Source: the human T2T-CHM13v2.0 reference genome, Homo sapiens. From it: a DNA stretch of 64,000 bases. The DNA is taken from NCBI RefSeq assembly GCF_009914755.1, contig NC_060942.1. The stretch is one strand, 5' to 3'. Of the stretch, positions 51,645 to 64,000 are shown in pieces. The position numbers and the translations under genes were made by a program. Position 1 is the first letter of the stretch, and each line of letters opens with the position of its first letter. A model generated the notes under the pieces. That model saw only the letters and a program-made list of their open reading frames with translations, was not told where the DNA came from and made no database searches.

Positions 51645-54600
51645 TCATCAGCAAACAGGGATAGTTTGACTTCCTCTCCTCCTATTTCAATGCCTTTTAT
51701 TTCTTTCTCTTACCTGGTTGCTCTGGCTGTTACTTACAGTGACTTTTCCAGAAGCTGTATGATGACATCATCACTCTGGCAGCTAATGAATCTCACGTGT
51801 ATTTGTGCACTGCTGCATTTTAAAAATGACTCAGTTTTAATTTCAAACACTGTATATGTGGATACATATAACACACAAAATTACATACAAACAAAATCTT
51901 TTTGGGGTCCTGAGCATTTCTGAGAATTCAAGGGTTCCAAAGGTCAAAAAGTATAAGGATACAGAATTAATAGTTTAAATATTTTCAAAGATAGTAAAGA
52001 AATTAAGTCTTCACTTTCTGATTGTAATTCATTGTTCCCATACTCTGGTCTCAAATGTTCAGCCAACTGTGCCTCACTCCCCACTCCCCAAAAATTATTT
52101 CATTTTATTAGGGAAAATCATTTTGCATAGGTGGTTCTACATCTGATAGGATCAATATAGTATTAGTACTGTGTAATGGGCTGCAATGCCAGTAAATCTA
52201 ATCAGCTCTTGAGCTTTGTTTTGTTTGTTTTTTGTTTGTTTGTTTCTGTTTTTGTTAAGAATGTTATATCTTGGCAGAGTAGAGAAATGCCTGGGTGCCA
52301 AATAGGTCTCACCTAATGATATTCTCATAAAATCAAATTAAATGAATCTTGGTCAGCCAAGATTTCATTGGGCCTACATGAGGCTTTCAAAATGACTGGA
52401 AATATGCTGAGTAAGACTTTACTGGGGACCCATCAGACTGAATACATTTGAAAAATCATCAGAGGTATTTGTCGAATGCGTAATATATACAGTACCTTGA
52501 TACAAATCACTTTGCCATTTTTCTATCTACAGACTTTTTTTCCATTGGGTATTTGCAGGTGAAAAAAACACAAAAAACAATATTAAACTCCTCTTGGACA
52601 CAGAAATGACTCTTTACTGCCTGGTGGCTGAGGGAGACAGTCTATGTAGTGACAGATTAATCCTCCAGTCGGGATTCTGCTTTCTTTTCTTTAAACTTGT
52701 TCTTCCCAAATGCATAGCACTATAAAATCCCTTTTGTGTTGGAGTGGAAGAACAAGGAAAACATGGAGATCTTTCTATTTTTATGTGATTTGTTAATCTT
52801 CAAAAGGAGTTTTGTCTCATTCAAGAATTTTAAAAATCATAAAAATTTTTTAAAATGTATACACAATTATACATTTTGGTCTGTTTTCAAATTTTGATCC
52901 TAGTTTGGAATGACTGGAAATTTGAAACCTGATACATTATGGATTACATGGGGTATGGTGGCTCTTCAATGTGATTAAATTAACCAGAAAAATCAATGGT
53001 GAATTTTGCTGCCACTAAATAAAGGTGAGTTGTAAAGTTCATCAACTTTATAAAAGGCTAATGATGAAATATTTTCTGAAATCCTGTGTGAATAAAAAAA
53101 AGTATGTATTATTAATACCTCAGAGAAAAGAACATGAATAGGTGCACATTTTAAAAATATTTTTTCAGTCAAAATTCAACTAAACCTTAATTAGGAGGTA
53201 AGATCAAGCAAATGAAGAAAATCTAAAAAAATAAAAACAGGTTGAAGCTCAACATAAGAGTTCTGGAAGCTGGTTTTGCCCCCACAGTTATCTGTAAATT
53301 GGGGGCTTATTAAAAACAGGTTTAATTAATATGTATGCCAGGATTTTACATCAAAGGAATCCCTTGAACCCCCACCCTGACCCACTGGAGTGAATTTGAA
53401 TTTGCCACAGATTTCTACCAAGAATGTTTCCAAAAGTATGTTTATCAGAAAATTGAACGCTTGAGAATCTCCATTAAAAAAAATAAATTAAATAAGTGTT
53501 TCGTGTTCAGATAAGCCTGGGAACTACTGAACACTGTGAAATCCCCCTTACGGAGTTTCACAATGTGTGTTAGTCCATCAAGGACCCTGAAAGCCCTTCC
53601 TGGGAAGAATTCTGTTTGATTTTCTATAACCCAGCATGTCCCCAAATTTATATTACTACAGAGCCCTCTTTAATGTAATTCATATTAAAAATCTCTGCAA
53701 TAATGTTCTGTAGAACACATTTTCAGAATATTGACCCAGGATAAGAATCTGCCTCTTGGGCTCACTCCCAGCTGAGGAGGAGGCAGTTGACTACTCCACC
53801 TACTCCACCGCAGAGAGCACTGAACTAAGCAGCCCTGGAAGTGCATCCACCTCACTTTTTTCTCCTGCCTCTGCTTGCTTTGCTGAGGCCCCACAGCAAG
53901 TACCCTTATAGATACCCTGCTCTCAAGAATGTCCCTATGGTAATTTCTCCTTGATTTCTTATGGAATTTGTAATATTTCATGCTAAAGTAATTTGTGTAT
54001 GATTCACTGCCTAGATGAAACAGATAAAAAATGATATAATTTTAAGCCTGGAAAGAACCTAACTCCTAAACTAGGAAATTTAAACCCAGAACCTCTGTCA
54101 CTTGCCCAAAGTTGTACAACCAATTAAACCTTTTATAGGGAAGCAGAATTTAATAGAAAGGTCTGGCTAACAATGTGCTACATTTGGACCAGATTCTGCT
54201 ACCCTTCAAGTAGAAAGTCAATTCCAACTCTGAGTGGTTTTATTTCTAAAATGGGCTAGGAAAGAAAGAATGTCAAGTGTGATAGAAAAGTAAGATGATG
54301 TGTAATAGACAGAAAGTCCATAACCAAAGTTTCCCTGCTGTGTTTCATTTTGTAGATGGGAGAAGCAAAATATATCATTGAAGTCTTAAGGCCAACATTA
54401 TAAAAATCTTGGCTTTATAGGGGTTTACATTGCCATCAGTTAGACGCAAAGTGAATTGGTTATCATGAGCACTTTATTCCTTTGGTGTTGCCTCAAGTTT
54501 TCTTATGTGACTGTTAGAAAAAGAATTGCTGGCAAATTCATTAATTCATTGCCTTATAACATCAGGGTAAAGAGCTCTCACATCTGCCAGTTGTTATACT

Positions 54601-56156
54601 AGATGCTCAATTTTAATGGGTATTCCCACTTGGGTTTTTATCGGTTGCTTTATGTCAAAATTGTCATCACTTCCTTGTCTTTATGTTTCTTTTTTGTGAA
54701 GAGCTTATTTTAAAACAGTCTCCCATTTATCTCAATGTCATAAAAACCTAAGCTTAACTAAACTGAAATGAGGATGGGCCTGCCTTCAACATTTCCCTTC
54801 TTTAGATGCTCACTTCACTTTTCCATTCACAACATTATTACTCACAATAAAATTCTACAAACACTCATCTGCCTTTGGGTTCCCTTTGGCTACTGACCAT
54901 TTGTTCATTCCAGATGATAACAGCTATCTTGATCTATCTTGATCATTACCACCATCTTCAACAAATAAGCACTTAGCACCTACAGGGGGCTTGCCACTAG
55001 AGGAAATTTGCTTCCGTAAGATATGGAGATCATGCAATATAACGGATGAAGGATAGAGTGGGATTTTGAAAAACACAGGCCTTATTTATGGTCCTGCCTG
55101 GGATGTGTTGCCTGGATTGCTCTAAACATGTAACAAATTGAGACTCTAGTTTCTACTTATCTAGAGTATAAATATTGCCCATACCTGCATCTCCTCTATC
55201 TCTATGATTTTATGGGAAATCATACAATGAAGTATTAAGCTCTTTAGAAATAGTCACCGTATCAGCAGAAGATATTGTAGGATTATCTTTTTTGCTATAA
55301 TCCTCAACTACTGTTCACATTTTAACAGCCCTTTTTTTCCCATTTCTATCCCAGGCCTAAAGAGCCGTATCTGTTCATGCCAATATTACAAATAAAAAAG
55401 TAGAAACTCCAGCCAAACAGCTGGGGCTTGGGACATGCATTCTGAAACACCACTTGTCTGAAAGCCCTATTTTCCTCCTAAAATGGCCGGCTGGTTGACT
55501 AAATTAACTACATTAACTGCCTGTTTTGGCAACATAAATATAAATCCTTAAATAATTGAAAACAAAAAAAACCATATAGATGGGCTCATTTTCTCAATTT
55601 TCTTTTTAGAATAATTGTGGTTGGTTAAATGTGTGTCATTGATGTGTCTAAGAGAATTTAGTCAATTTAACTTTTAAAAAACATCAAAACTGTTAAGGTG
55701 TTGAAGTATTGATGGAATTATTTATGTTATAACTTGTTATTTATTTTTAATCCTTTCCAAGCAGTCATTGTCAGTCCCCTCCACAGTTTTTGGGATTACC
55801 CCCATTCCTTGGTTTTTTTCCTTTTTAGTCAAGTTTTTTCTCTGGCTACACCTTAACCTCATCCCCAAGCACTTCCCACCTCATCTCCTGACTAGTATTA
55901 GCGAGGTCTGGATTAGCTGGGACAGAGGCAGGCAGGAGGAAAGAAGAAAAAGCACTCCCCACTCCCCAATCACTCCTTCTCACCTCCCCCAAAGTCCTAA
56001 GAATAATTTTCATCCTCTATAATTCACACGTTCCTGCCACATTGCCTTATCCTCTACCCTGATCCTATTTAACTCTGTGTCTCAGAGCCCCTGTCCTGCC
56101 CGGGTTCTCTTACAGCATGTTTACGATAGACTCCTTCATGCTTTCCTCTGACATAC

Positions 56157-57163
56157 TGTAAGAGATAGGGGGAAATAAATAGAATTATTTTTACTCTCAC
56201 TCACAACATTCAACACAGAACACTTCTGAAGCCAGATATGTGGGTTTTATTTTCTTTCACATACCAAGTAATTCTCCAGCAGGCACCAACTGCTTGTCTT
56301 ATAATCCAATTCAATTCTGACACTATCTCCCTGGAGGTAAAGTCAGACCGTGTGGGTTAAGGGCTCAGTCCCGCAAGACTGCCCTCCACTTCAGCCACCA
56401 ATTGCAAGCTGTAGATTGTCACCTATGCATATGAGGAGAGAGGTATGAGTTGGGATTCCCAAGCCTCCTTCCTTGGGTTCGATTAATTTTCTTGGAGAGC
56501 TCACAGAACTCAGGAAAATACTTACTTATGTTTACGGGTTGATTATATTAATATAGAATATGTCACAGATGACTAGCCAGATGCAAGAGATGCATAGGGC
56601 AAGGCATGTGAGAAGGGATGCAGAGCTTCCATGCCCTCTTTGGGCACAGACACCCTCCAGGCACTCCCACATGCTGAACAACCTGAAATCTCTCTGAATC
56701 CTGTCCTTTCGGGTTTTTGTCGTGGCTTCATTACATAAGCATGATTGATTACATTACTGGCAAATGATGATCAGCTCAACCTTTAGCCCCTCTCCCCTCC
56801 CCAGAGGTTGGTGGGTAGGGGTGAAAATTCCATCCCTCTAATTACATGGTTGGTTCCCCTGGCAATCAGCCCCCACCCTGACACTATGCAGGAGCCCAAC
56901 AAGAGTCACCTCGTTAGAATAAAAGGCTCCCATCGCCCAGGAAATCCTAAGGAATTTAGGAACAGTGTGTTAGAGGCTCCCATTACTCAGGAAATTATAT
57001 AGGTCTTAGGAGTTCTGTGTTTGGAACTAGGGTCAAATATCAAATATTAGAATGAAAGATTCTCCTAGTGTCCCTGTCTACAAGGGTTTCAAGAGCTCTA
57101 TGTCGGGAACCAGGGGCAGATATATATCTATAGATATAGATATAGATATATATTTATTTCACA
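56157..57163 (-). mobile_element. MER21-family solo LTR
   Basis: ttcaattctgacactatc...ttaagggctcagtccc...cagagcttccatgccctct...gggaaccaggggcaga; TG...CA ends. Confidence 0.88.
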
Positions 57164-58559
57164 CGTGCACTTTTATTTTGGCCCATGCAAATAGGGATCT
57201 ATAGTGAACACAATCACAAGGCTCCATTTTGCTTGTGGAGAGTAAGTATAAAAGAAAACACTTTTTAGCCTTTGTCTCACTTAAATTCCTGGGCATTTGA
57301 CGTTCAATCTAGGCCACTCCTTTCTTTAAACTCTCCCCCTATTGGCTCTTGGCACAACTTTTTCTCCTCTGACCAATCTTTTCTCATCTTCTTTGTTCTT
57401 CTCTTACCTACTCTTCCAATCCCTATTGTTCTGTAAACATCAGTCCACTCTGCAATAGCTTCTTACTCTGCAATCTTGCCCTAGATGTCCTTACTCAAGA
57501 TTTCTATGTTCTATCCCCATCTTCCTCTTGAGCCCTAGGTCTATATAAGTCAGCACCCAGTAGCCTAGCCACAGCCCTGAATCAGTGGGGAAGATAATGT
57601 GGGTGATGTCCTGGCTCCCAGAACTTACAGCAACCCAGCGTTCTAGGCAGAGAGAAAGTGGGGTCAGATAACACCCTTGAAGAGGGGACTATAGAAGCAG
57701 ATTGAACATACTCTCCTCTCAATGGCTCTGGCCTTTGTCATGAGCTACTCTTGACTGAGCATCTATTGGAATATGAGGTTATCCTCCTCCAAAGAATTGA
57801 TAGCCCTGGAGCTTGGAGTTGATCTAGCACTGGTGGTAACATCCAGAATAGAGGACTTAGGAGCGGGCAACTTGGCCACAGCACTTCAGACCCAGATCTC
57901 AACCCATGGGCACAACACTTTTTTACTCTAGGACCTATTTCTTCACTGCAAATACAGAACTTCTCCACTGGAAAAAGCCTCTTTTAAACATAGACAATGT
58001 CCTGTTCATCAGACAGAGTTCTTTGCCTGAAGTGAGAGGAGGATGTATTAAAGAGTTATAAATTGCAAAGGGAAACTAGGCCAATTTCTATCATGGCATT
58101 TTCCTGAATAATCACAACACTACAAAGGACTCCTTACATAAGGCAGTGGCAGTAAATGGAATGTCTCATTCCCACTCTCAAACTTCTCAGACAGGTGTGT
58201 CACTAGCTTCCAGCTGATGTTTTGGGAATAGGCAGGCCCACCCTAAGCAATAAATCTCTATGGCAGGCTTATTTGCTGTGGTTTCTAGTCTTCGGCAAAG
58301 GGCACCACTTGAGTTACAGTTTATCTCGACGGTCCAGGTGCAGTGAAAAAAAGACTTCCTCCCATCCACCCATACTTGAACCTGGGTACTAGTATCTAAT
58401 TAAGAACATAGGGATTCCTGGAATCGGAAGGGGAAAAGGACCCTTTAGAAGAGATCAATTTTGCTTCTCACTCATTGAACAAGATATGAGTTATAGTATT
58501 ATTACTTAGTATAAGGTGTAATCACACCACACTGTAAAATCAGATTGTCCAGATGTATT

Positions 58560-59522
58560 TGGGTGTATGCCGCCAACATACTAATGTACCTAGATAACCT
58601 ACAGATAGCACTTGCACCTGAAACTTAAAACATCTCTAATGCAATTCATTTCTCCTCTCCTCCCAAATACCTTCTTTCTCCTAAATTTTCTTTTGCTGAG
58701 AATGACACCATCTAGATACTCAGGTCCCAACCAGGAAACATGACTGACTTGTCCTTCATCCTTAACCCCATTTTCGCTTTGCCCTTAGTCCCTTTCTGTC
58801 CTTAAAATTGGGGAGCCCTACCTTCTCACTATCATTCTTGTCAGTTGTCCATTTCCAAGGCCACTGCTCCATTGCATACTATTTCTTACTCCTACCCATT
58901 GAATCCCCTGACAGGTGCCCATCTTATTTCCTCTCTGCAAGCATGCCGCTACAAAATCCCTTCTGCATCCGGTTTCCTTCCATGTTACTCCCTTGCATAG
59001 AATGCCTGGGTGCTTCCCTGTTGTCTCCAGTATTAACTCCAGGTAAGTGGGTATGACAAACAATTCCCTTTCTTTGTTAGTCCTTTCCTAACTCTCCTGG
59101 ACTCATTTGTCTCCACTCCCCTCCATTAGTGAGCGATTTTTAATTTTCTCAAACTAGACATGGGGTTACATCCTTCTAAGCCATTGTTTTTGTAGCTCCC
59201 TAGGCCTAGAATGGTCTTAGCCCACCTCTCCAATGACAAATCTCTATCCATTCTTGGAAACTCGGTTCCTTCCTTCCCCCCACAAAGACTCTTCTATCTC
59301 TTCTCCCCTCTCCGGATCAGTGAGAGATTCCTCAGATCTTCTTCCACAGCTACCAAGGCACTTAACTCACTATATAGTAATACTTTTATTGTCTCCCACT
59401 CACTGTCAGTTCCTTATAGAATAAAAGGACCACCTTTTATTTATCTTTACATCTCCAGCACCAAGCAAGTGTCCTACACTTGGTACTTAATTACTGTTTG
59501 CAGAATGAATGAATGAGTGAAT
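58560..59522 (+). mobile_element. L2 fragments
   Basis: Pyrimidine-rich L2-like body ending in tgtttgcagaatgaatgaatgagtgaat. Confidence 0.6.
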
Positions 59523-61149
59523 GCAAGTAGGAGAAGGCTGGGAAGAGTTCCTGCCTTCCCAGTTTAGTCCTTACTTGTTACTAATAAACCTCAGAAGGCC
59601 TATAAATTTGAGGGATGAGAGGAGCTCTGGGACTGCACAATTTTGCCTAGAACAAGGGAGGAAGGAAACTCAGCTGGAAATAGTCAATGAAAATCATGAT
59701 TTTGCTGTTCAATCCAAGTGTCATACCCAGGCTACATTAATTTGATTTACCTAGAAGAGCCAGAAAGAAATTAGAGGAGGAGAAACAAGGCAGGAAATTC
59801 TTTAGTTGCTAAGATCTAATTTTCACTCATTTGCTAAAAAATTGCTAGACAAAATTCAGTAAGGCAACTTGGTTGAAATTAGAGTCACAAAAAGCAAAAG
59901 TTACTGGTAGATTAAATCACGACGTAGGAAACCTTTATATCATATTCCCGTTTCTTCTGGCTCAGCTCCATGGAAAGTCTTATACTTCATAGATTAGGAA
60001 AAATAAATAAAAATTTACTAATGAGAATCCTAGATAAGAACTAATAAAGTGATCATAAATTTTTATTTACTCATTAACAGCTATAGCAAATATGTCACTA
60101 TATATCTTTTTGATTACTTTGGCAATATTTAGAGAAAATGTTACACAGCTTCCTTTCCTTTCCATTTATCCTCACAGTTTTACTTGTAATATTTAGTAGA
60201 TGAATTATGAACAAGGTCCTACTAGATGTTTATATGTTATAAAAACAGTATTATCATTCAATGTCATTTCTCTTTTGCCTGCTCATTTTCATTTTTCCTT
60301 CCATGTTCTCAGCCCTTCTAAATTGCATAAATGCATACTTTTAAGTCATTCACCCTTTGTTCTATGCTGTATTCGTTATTGATTCTTCTCAAAATTGGAG
60401 CTCCATGCCAAATTAGGGGAAACTGCCATGGTTGGAAACATATTTTTAATATATGTACAGAGGCTCTTGAAACTCAAGGTCAGTTCTTAAGATAATCTGA
60501 ATATTTCTAAAATTTTAAGGTAAAAACAAACAAACAAACAAACAAAAACACTGACCTGTAAGTCGGGGATGGGGCTTCTGATCTTAAATCCATCTATAGT
60601 TCCTTCTAGGCTCTAGGCAGAGCTCCTTGGGCCTTACTCAGAGAATTTTTATCAGTGGTATTTTTCCATTCATATACCACAGGGACTTCTAAGCTTCAAA
60701 ATTGACCTGCATTATGGAACTTGGAATAAATGTTTTAAGTTTGCAGACAGTTGTAAAATGTGGAAAGCAGCTAGTTCTGTTGAGGATAAATTTAAAATGT
60801 ATAAAAACTATGTCTCAGAAGCCAAGCTATCATAAATCCCCAAAGGGAGCCCCTTCCTTGATTTAATCACTGATAAAGCAGAGGGAAGTAAGCTGTTTTT
60901 CCGTGGGGCCTATAACTCCATCTTAAGGGAGTGAAAGGGGACTTCAGTAATGAGGGAGGAAACATGACACCAGAAGCATCCATCCATTCAATCTATAAAC
61001 ATTTAACAAACACCCCCTATATAGGCCAGACAGTTTATTAAGCACTCAGAAACAAAAATTACTGAGTCGTGGTCCCTGACCCAAAGAACAAAGGGTAGGG
61101 TAAAACAATTAGAGCAGAAACAAACACACACAAAAATGTTTCTAAAAAA

Positions 61150-61380
61150 ATGACTAAAGCCTCCCTCTGTGCCAGGCTCCATGCTAGGTAGTTTACATGC
61201 ATTGACTCATTCAGTCCTGCAGTTCTCTGTGAGGGAGGCTTCTGTTAGTACCCTGTCTTACATATGAGGAAACCACACCTCCGAGGGGGTCAAGGAACTT
61301 GCTAAGGTCACAAAGCTAGTGAATGGGGGAGCCAGCTTGAACCATGGTAGTCTGGCTCAACATTGTGCTAATCATGGCAA
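61150..61380 (-). mobile_element. MIR SINE
   Basis: tgtgccaggctcc...catatgaggaaacca...cttgctaaggtcacaaagctagtgaatgg. Confidence 0.8.
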
Positions 61381-61389
61381 CACAACATT

Positions 61390-61950
61390 GCTTCTCAACA
61401 TGTACAACTAACAAGGGATTCATGTATAAGATACATAAAGAATTCCTACAATCCGACAAGAGGCTGGCATCCCATATGGGAAAACAGGGAAATTGTATGA
61501 CAAGAAATTTCTTCTAAGTTTAACCTGGAATAGCAAAAGAGCACTTGCAGAGATGCTCAAGCTGGCAGTGTTGAATGAAATTGAGACCACTCACATCTTC
61601 CAACTAAGTCATTCTATTTCGAAGTGTACATCCCTGAGAAACCTTCACATAGGTACATGAAGAAATATATTTAAAGATGTTCATCATAGCTTTGGTGGGA
61701 AAAGCAAAAGGTTACATCAACCTAAATGGGCATCAAAGGGAAATCATAAAAAGAAGTTATGTGCCTATGAAGGAATACAGACTCAGAAAAAAATGAATTT
61801 CCACTTATATATGAAAAATAAATCTCAGAAACATAATGATGAATAAAAAGCTAAGCAGAACAGAATGTATGATATAATAAAATGTATGTAATATATTTTA
61901 AACCACACACTAAGTAACCGTACATATGGTCCTTAGATACCTATAAATGC
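61390..61950 (+). mobile_element. Ancient L1M 3' fragment
   Basis: aaagaattcctacaa, gagatgctcaa, gatgttcatcatagc, caacctaaatg, aaatctcagaaacataatg. Confidence 0.65.
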
Positions 61951-62059
61951 AAATGAAGTTGTGGAGGTAAATTGAAAGAACATATGTTAAATGGACACAA
62001 TGTTCAGATACTTATGAAAATTCTGGGTAATAAGCTATTATTTTTAAATAAGATAAAAT

Positions 62060-62280
62060 AACAACAATAGTGACAGCTAGCACTTTTTGAGTGCTTATTG
62101 TTTATCAGGTGCTATTTCCAAGATCTTTAAAAGTATTATCTCACAATAATGAGTTAGGTCTATTGTTAATCTAATTTTACAAATGAGAAAAAATGAGTTT
62201 TAGAAGGTTAAGTATTAATATCTTCCCCCAGATCATACAAGTTGCTGATGTTGAACATGGGATTTGAATCCAGAAAACTA
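62060..62280 (-). mobile_element. MIR SINE
   Basis: ttgagtgcttattg...ttttacaaatgagaaaa...gggatttgaatccag. Confidence 0.75.
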
Positions 62281-62329
62281 ACTACATTGTAAATGTGTTT
62301 AATTGTTATATTTTTATAATTATTATATC

Positions 62330-64000
62330 AATTTTTTCAGCTTTTAATATAGACTCAAGGGGTTACATGTGCAGGTTTGTTACATGGGTAAATTGCATGT
62401 CGTTAGGGTTTAGCGTACAAATGAACACATCATCCAGGTGGTGGGCATACTCCCAATGGTTAGTTTTTCAGTTTTTACCCCTTCCTCCCAACCTCCCCAC
62501 CCCAGTAGTCCCCAGTGCCTATTGTTCTCATCTTTCTGTCTGTGTGTACTCAATGTTTAGCTCCGACTTAGAAGTGAAAATATGTGATATTTGATTTTCT
62601 ATTCCTGTGTCAATCTTCTTAGGATGATAGCCTCAAGCTGCATCCATGTTGCTGCAGAGGACATAATTGTATTCTTTTTATGGCTGTGTAGTATTCAATG
62701 GTAAATATGTACCACACTTTCTTTATTCGGCTTACCATTGATGGGCATCTAGGTTGATTTCATGTCTTTACTATTGTGAATAGTGCTGCGATGAACTTAC
62801 GAGTACGTGTGTCTTTTTGGTAGAATGATTTATATTCCTTTGGGTACATAAGCCATAATGGCATTGCTGGTTCAAATGGTAGTTCTAAGTTCTTTGAGAA
62901 ATTACCACACTGTTTTTCACAATGGCTGAACTAATTTACATTCCTGCCAGCAATGTATAAGTATTCCCTTTTCTCTGTAACCTGACCAGCATTTATTATT
63001 TTTTGCCTTTTTAATAATAGCTATCCTGACTGGTTGGTGTGAGATGATATCTTATTGTGGTTTTGATTTGCTTTTCTCTGATGATTAGTGATGTTGAGCA
63101 TTTTTTCAGGTATTTCTTGACCACACATGTATGTCTTCTTTTGAAAACTGTCTGTTCATGTTCTTTGCCTATTTTTTAAATGGGGTTATTTGGTTTTTTT
63201 GCTTGTTGAATTGTTTAAGGTCCTCGGAGAATGCTTCCAGATTTTGCCCATTCAGTATTATGTGCCTTTGAGTTTGTCATAAGTGTCTCTTGCTATTTTG
63301 AGGTATGTTCCTTTGATGCCTAATTTGTTAAGCATTTTTAACTTGAAGCCATGTTGAAAAAGCCTTTTCTGCATCTATTGAGATGATCACATGGTTTTAG
63401 TTTTTAATTCTGTTTATGTGGTGAGTCACATTTTTGATTTGTGTATGTATGTTGAAACAACCTTGCATCATAGAAATAAAGCCTACTTGACTGTGGTGAA
63501 TTAACTTTTTGATATGCTGCTGGATTTGATCAGCAAGTATTTCACCTAAACTTTTTTTGTTGCATCTCTGCCAGTTTTTGGTATCAGAATGATGCTGGCT
63601 TCATAGAATGAATTAGAGAGGAGTCCCTCCTCTTCGATTTTTGAAGAATAATTTCAGTAGAACCGGTACTACCTCTTCTTTGTACCTTTGGTAGAATTTG
63701 GCTGTGAATCCATCTGATTTAGGGCTTTTGTTGGTAGGTTTTTGTTACTGATTCAATTTCAGAGCTTGCTATTGGTCTCTTCAGAGTTTCAATTTCTTCT
63801 TGGTCCAATCCTGACAGATTGTGTGTTTCCAGGAATTTATCCATTTCTTCTAGGTTTTCTAGTTTGTGTGCATAAAGGTCTTTATAATAGGCTCCGAGGG
63901 CATTTTTTATTTTGGGGGGGGTCAGTTATAATATCATCTTTCTTATTTCTGATTGTGCTTATTTGGATCATCTGTTTTTTTTCTTTGTTAATCTAGCTAG
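62330..64000 (-). mobile_element. Older primate L1 (L1PA15/16-like) 3' portion, running off the window edge, with an internal deletion
   Basis: ggggttacatgtgcaggtttgttacatgggtaaattgc 3' UTR followed by antisense ORF2 sequence. Confidence 0.92.

Larger units (their letters stand above)
48836..51734 (-). mobile_element. 5'-truncated older primate L1 (L1PA13-16-like) carrying MER30 and LTR9B insertions
   Basis: L1PA 3' UTR and ORF2 C-terminus; minus-strand ORF fragments IIREVQIKTTMRYHLTPVRM and [34 protein letters not shown] at 48828-48835 and 51735-51742. Confidence 0.92.
48695..51965. mobile_element. hAT-Charlie non-autonomous element split by L1 (parts about 48695-48835 and 51735-51965)
   Basis: cagcacttctaaagtgtg...cccctgggggtccc...caaaactatttt on the left continues as tacagtgacttttccagaagct...tttttggggtcc...caaaaagt on the right. 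Confidence 0.65.

Noticed and set aside
56925-57140. Internal repeats and the palindrome tatatctatagatata in the MER21 LTR
   Set aside because: The repeats appear intrinsic to MER21, and the palindrome is low-complexity microsatellite decay.

Overview
AT-rich, repeat-dense primate (human-like) non-coding DNA. I found no protein-coding exon, RNA gene, CRISPR array or other prokaryotic system, and the listed ORFs are explained by repeats or chance. The window holds five AluS SINEs, solo LTRs (LTR12/ERV9, LTR9B-like, THE1, MER34-like, a composite MER66-like, MER21, MLT1, MLT2), two older primate L1 3' portions, many ancient L1M/L2/MIR fragments and DNA-transposon fossils (MER53, MER1B, MER30, MER5, Charlie-, Zaphod- and MARNA-like). 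Family names come from my recall of consensus sequences and need RepeatMasker/Dfam confirmation. Target-site duplications (TSDs) and local repeats were read directly from the sequence. The most notable features are two short direct duplications, each copied from about 1.07-1.08 kb upstream; a possible degenerate pogo/Tc2 DDE transposase remnant; a fold-back end on a MER30; a nested transposon stack; and LTRs carrying NF-Y/GATA or OCT-SOX motifs. I cannot support a claim of a new biological system.
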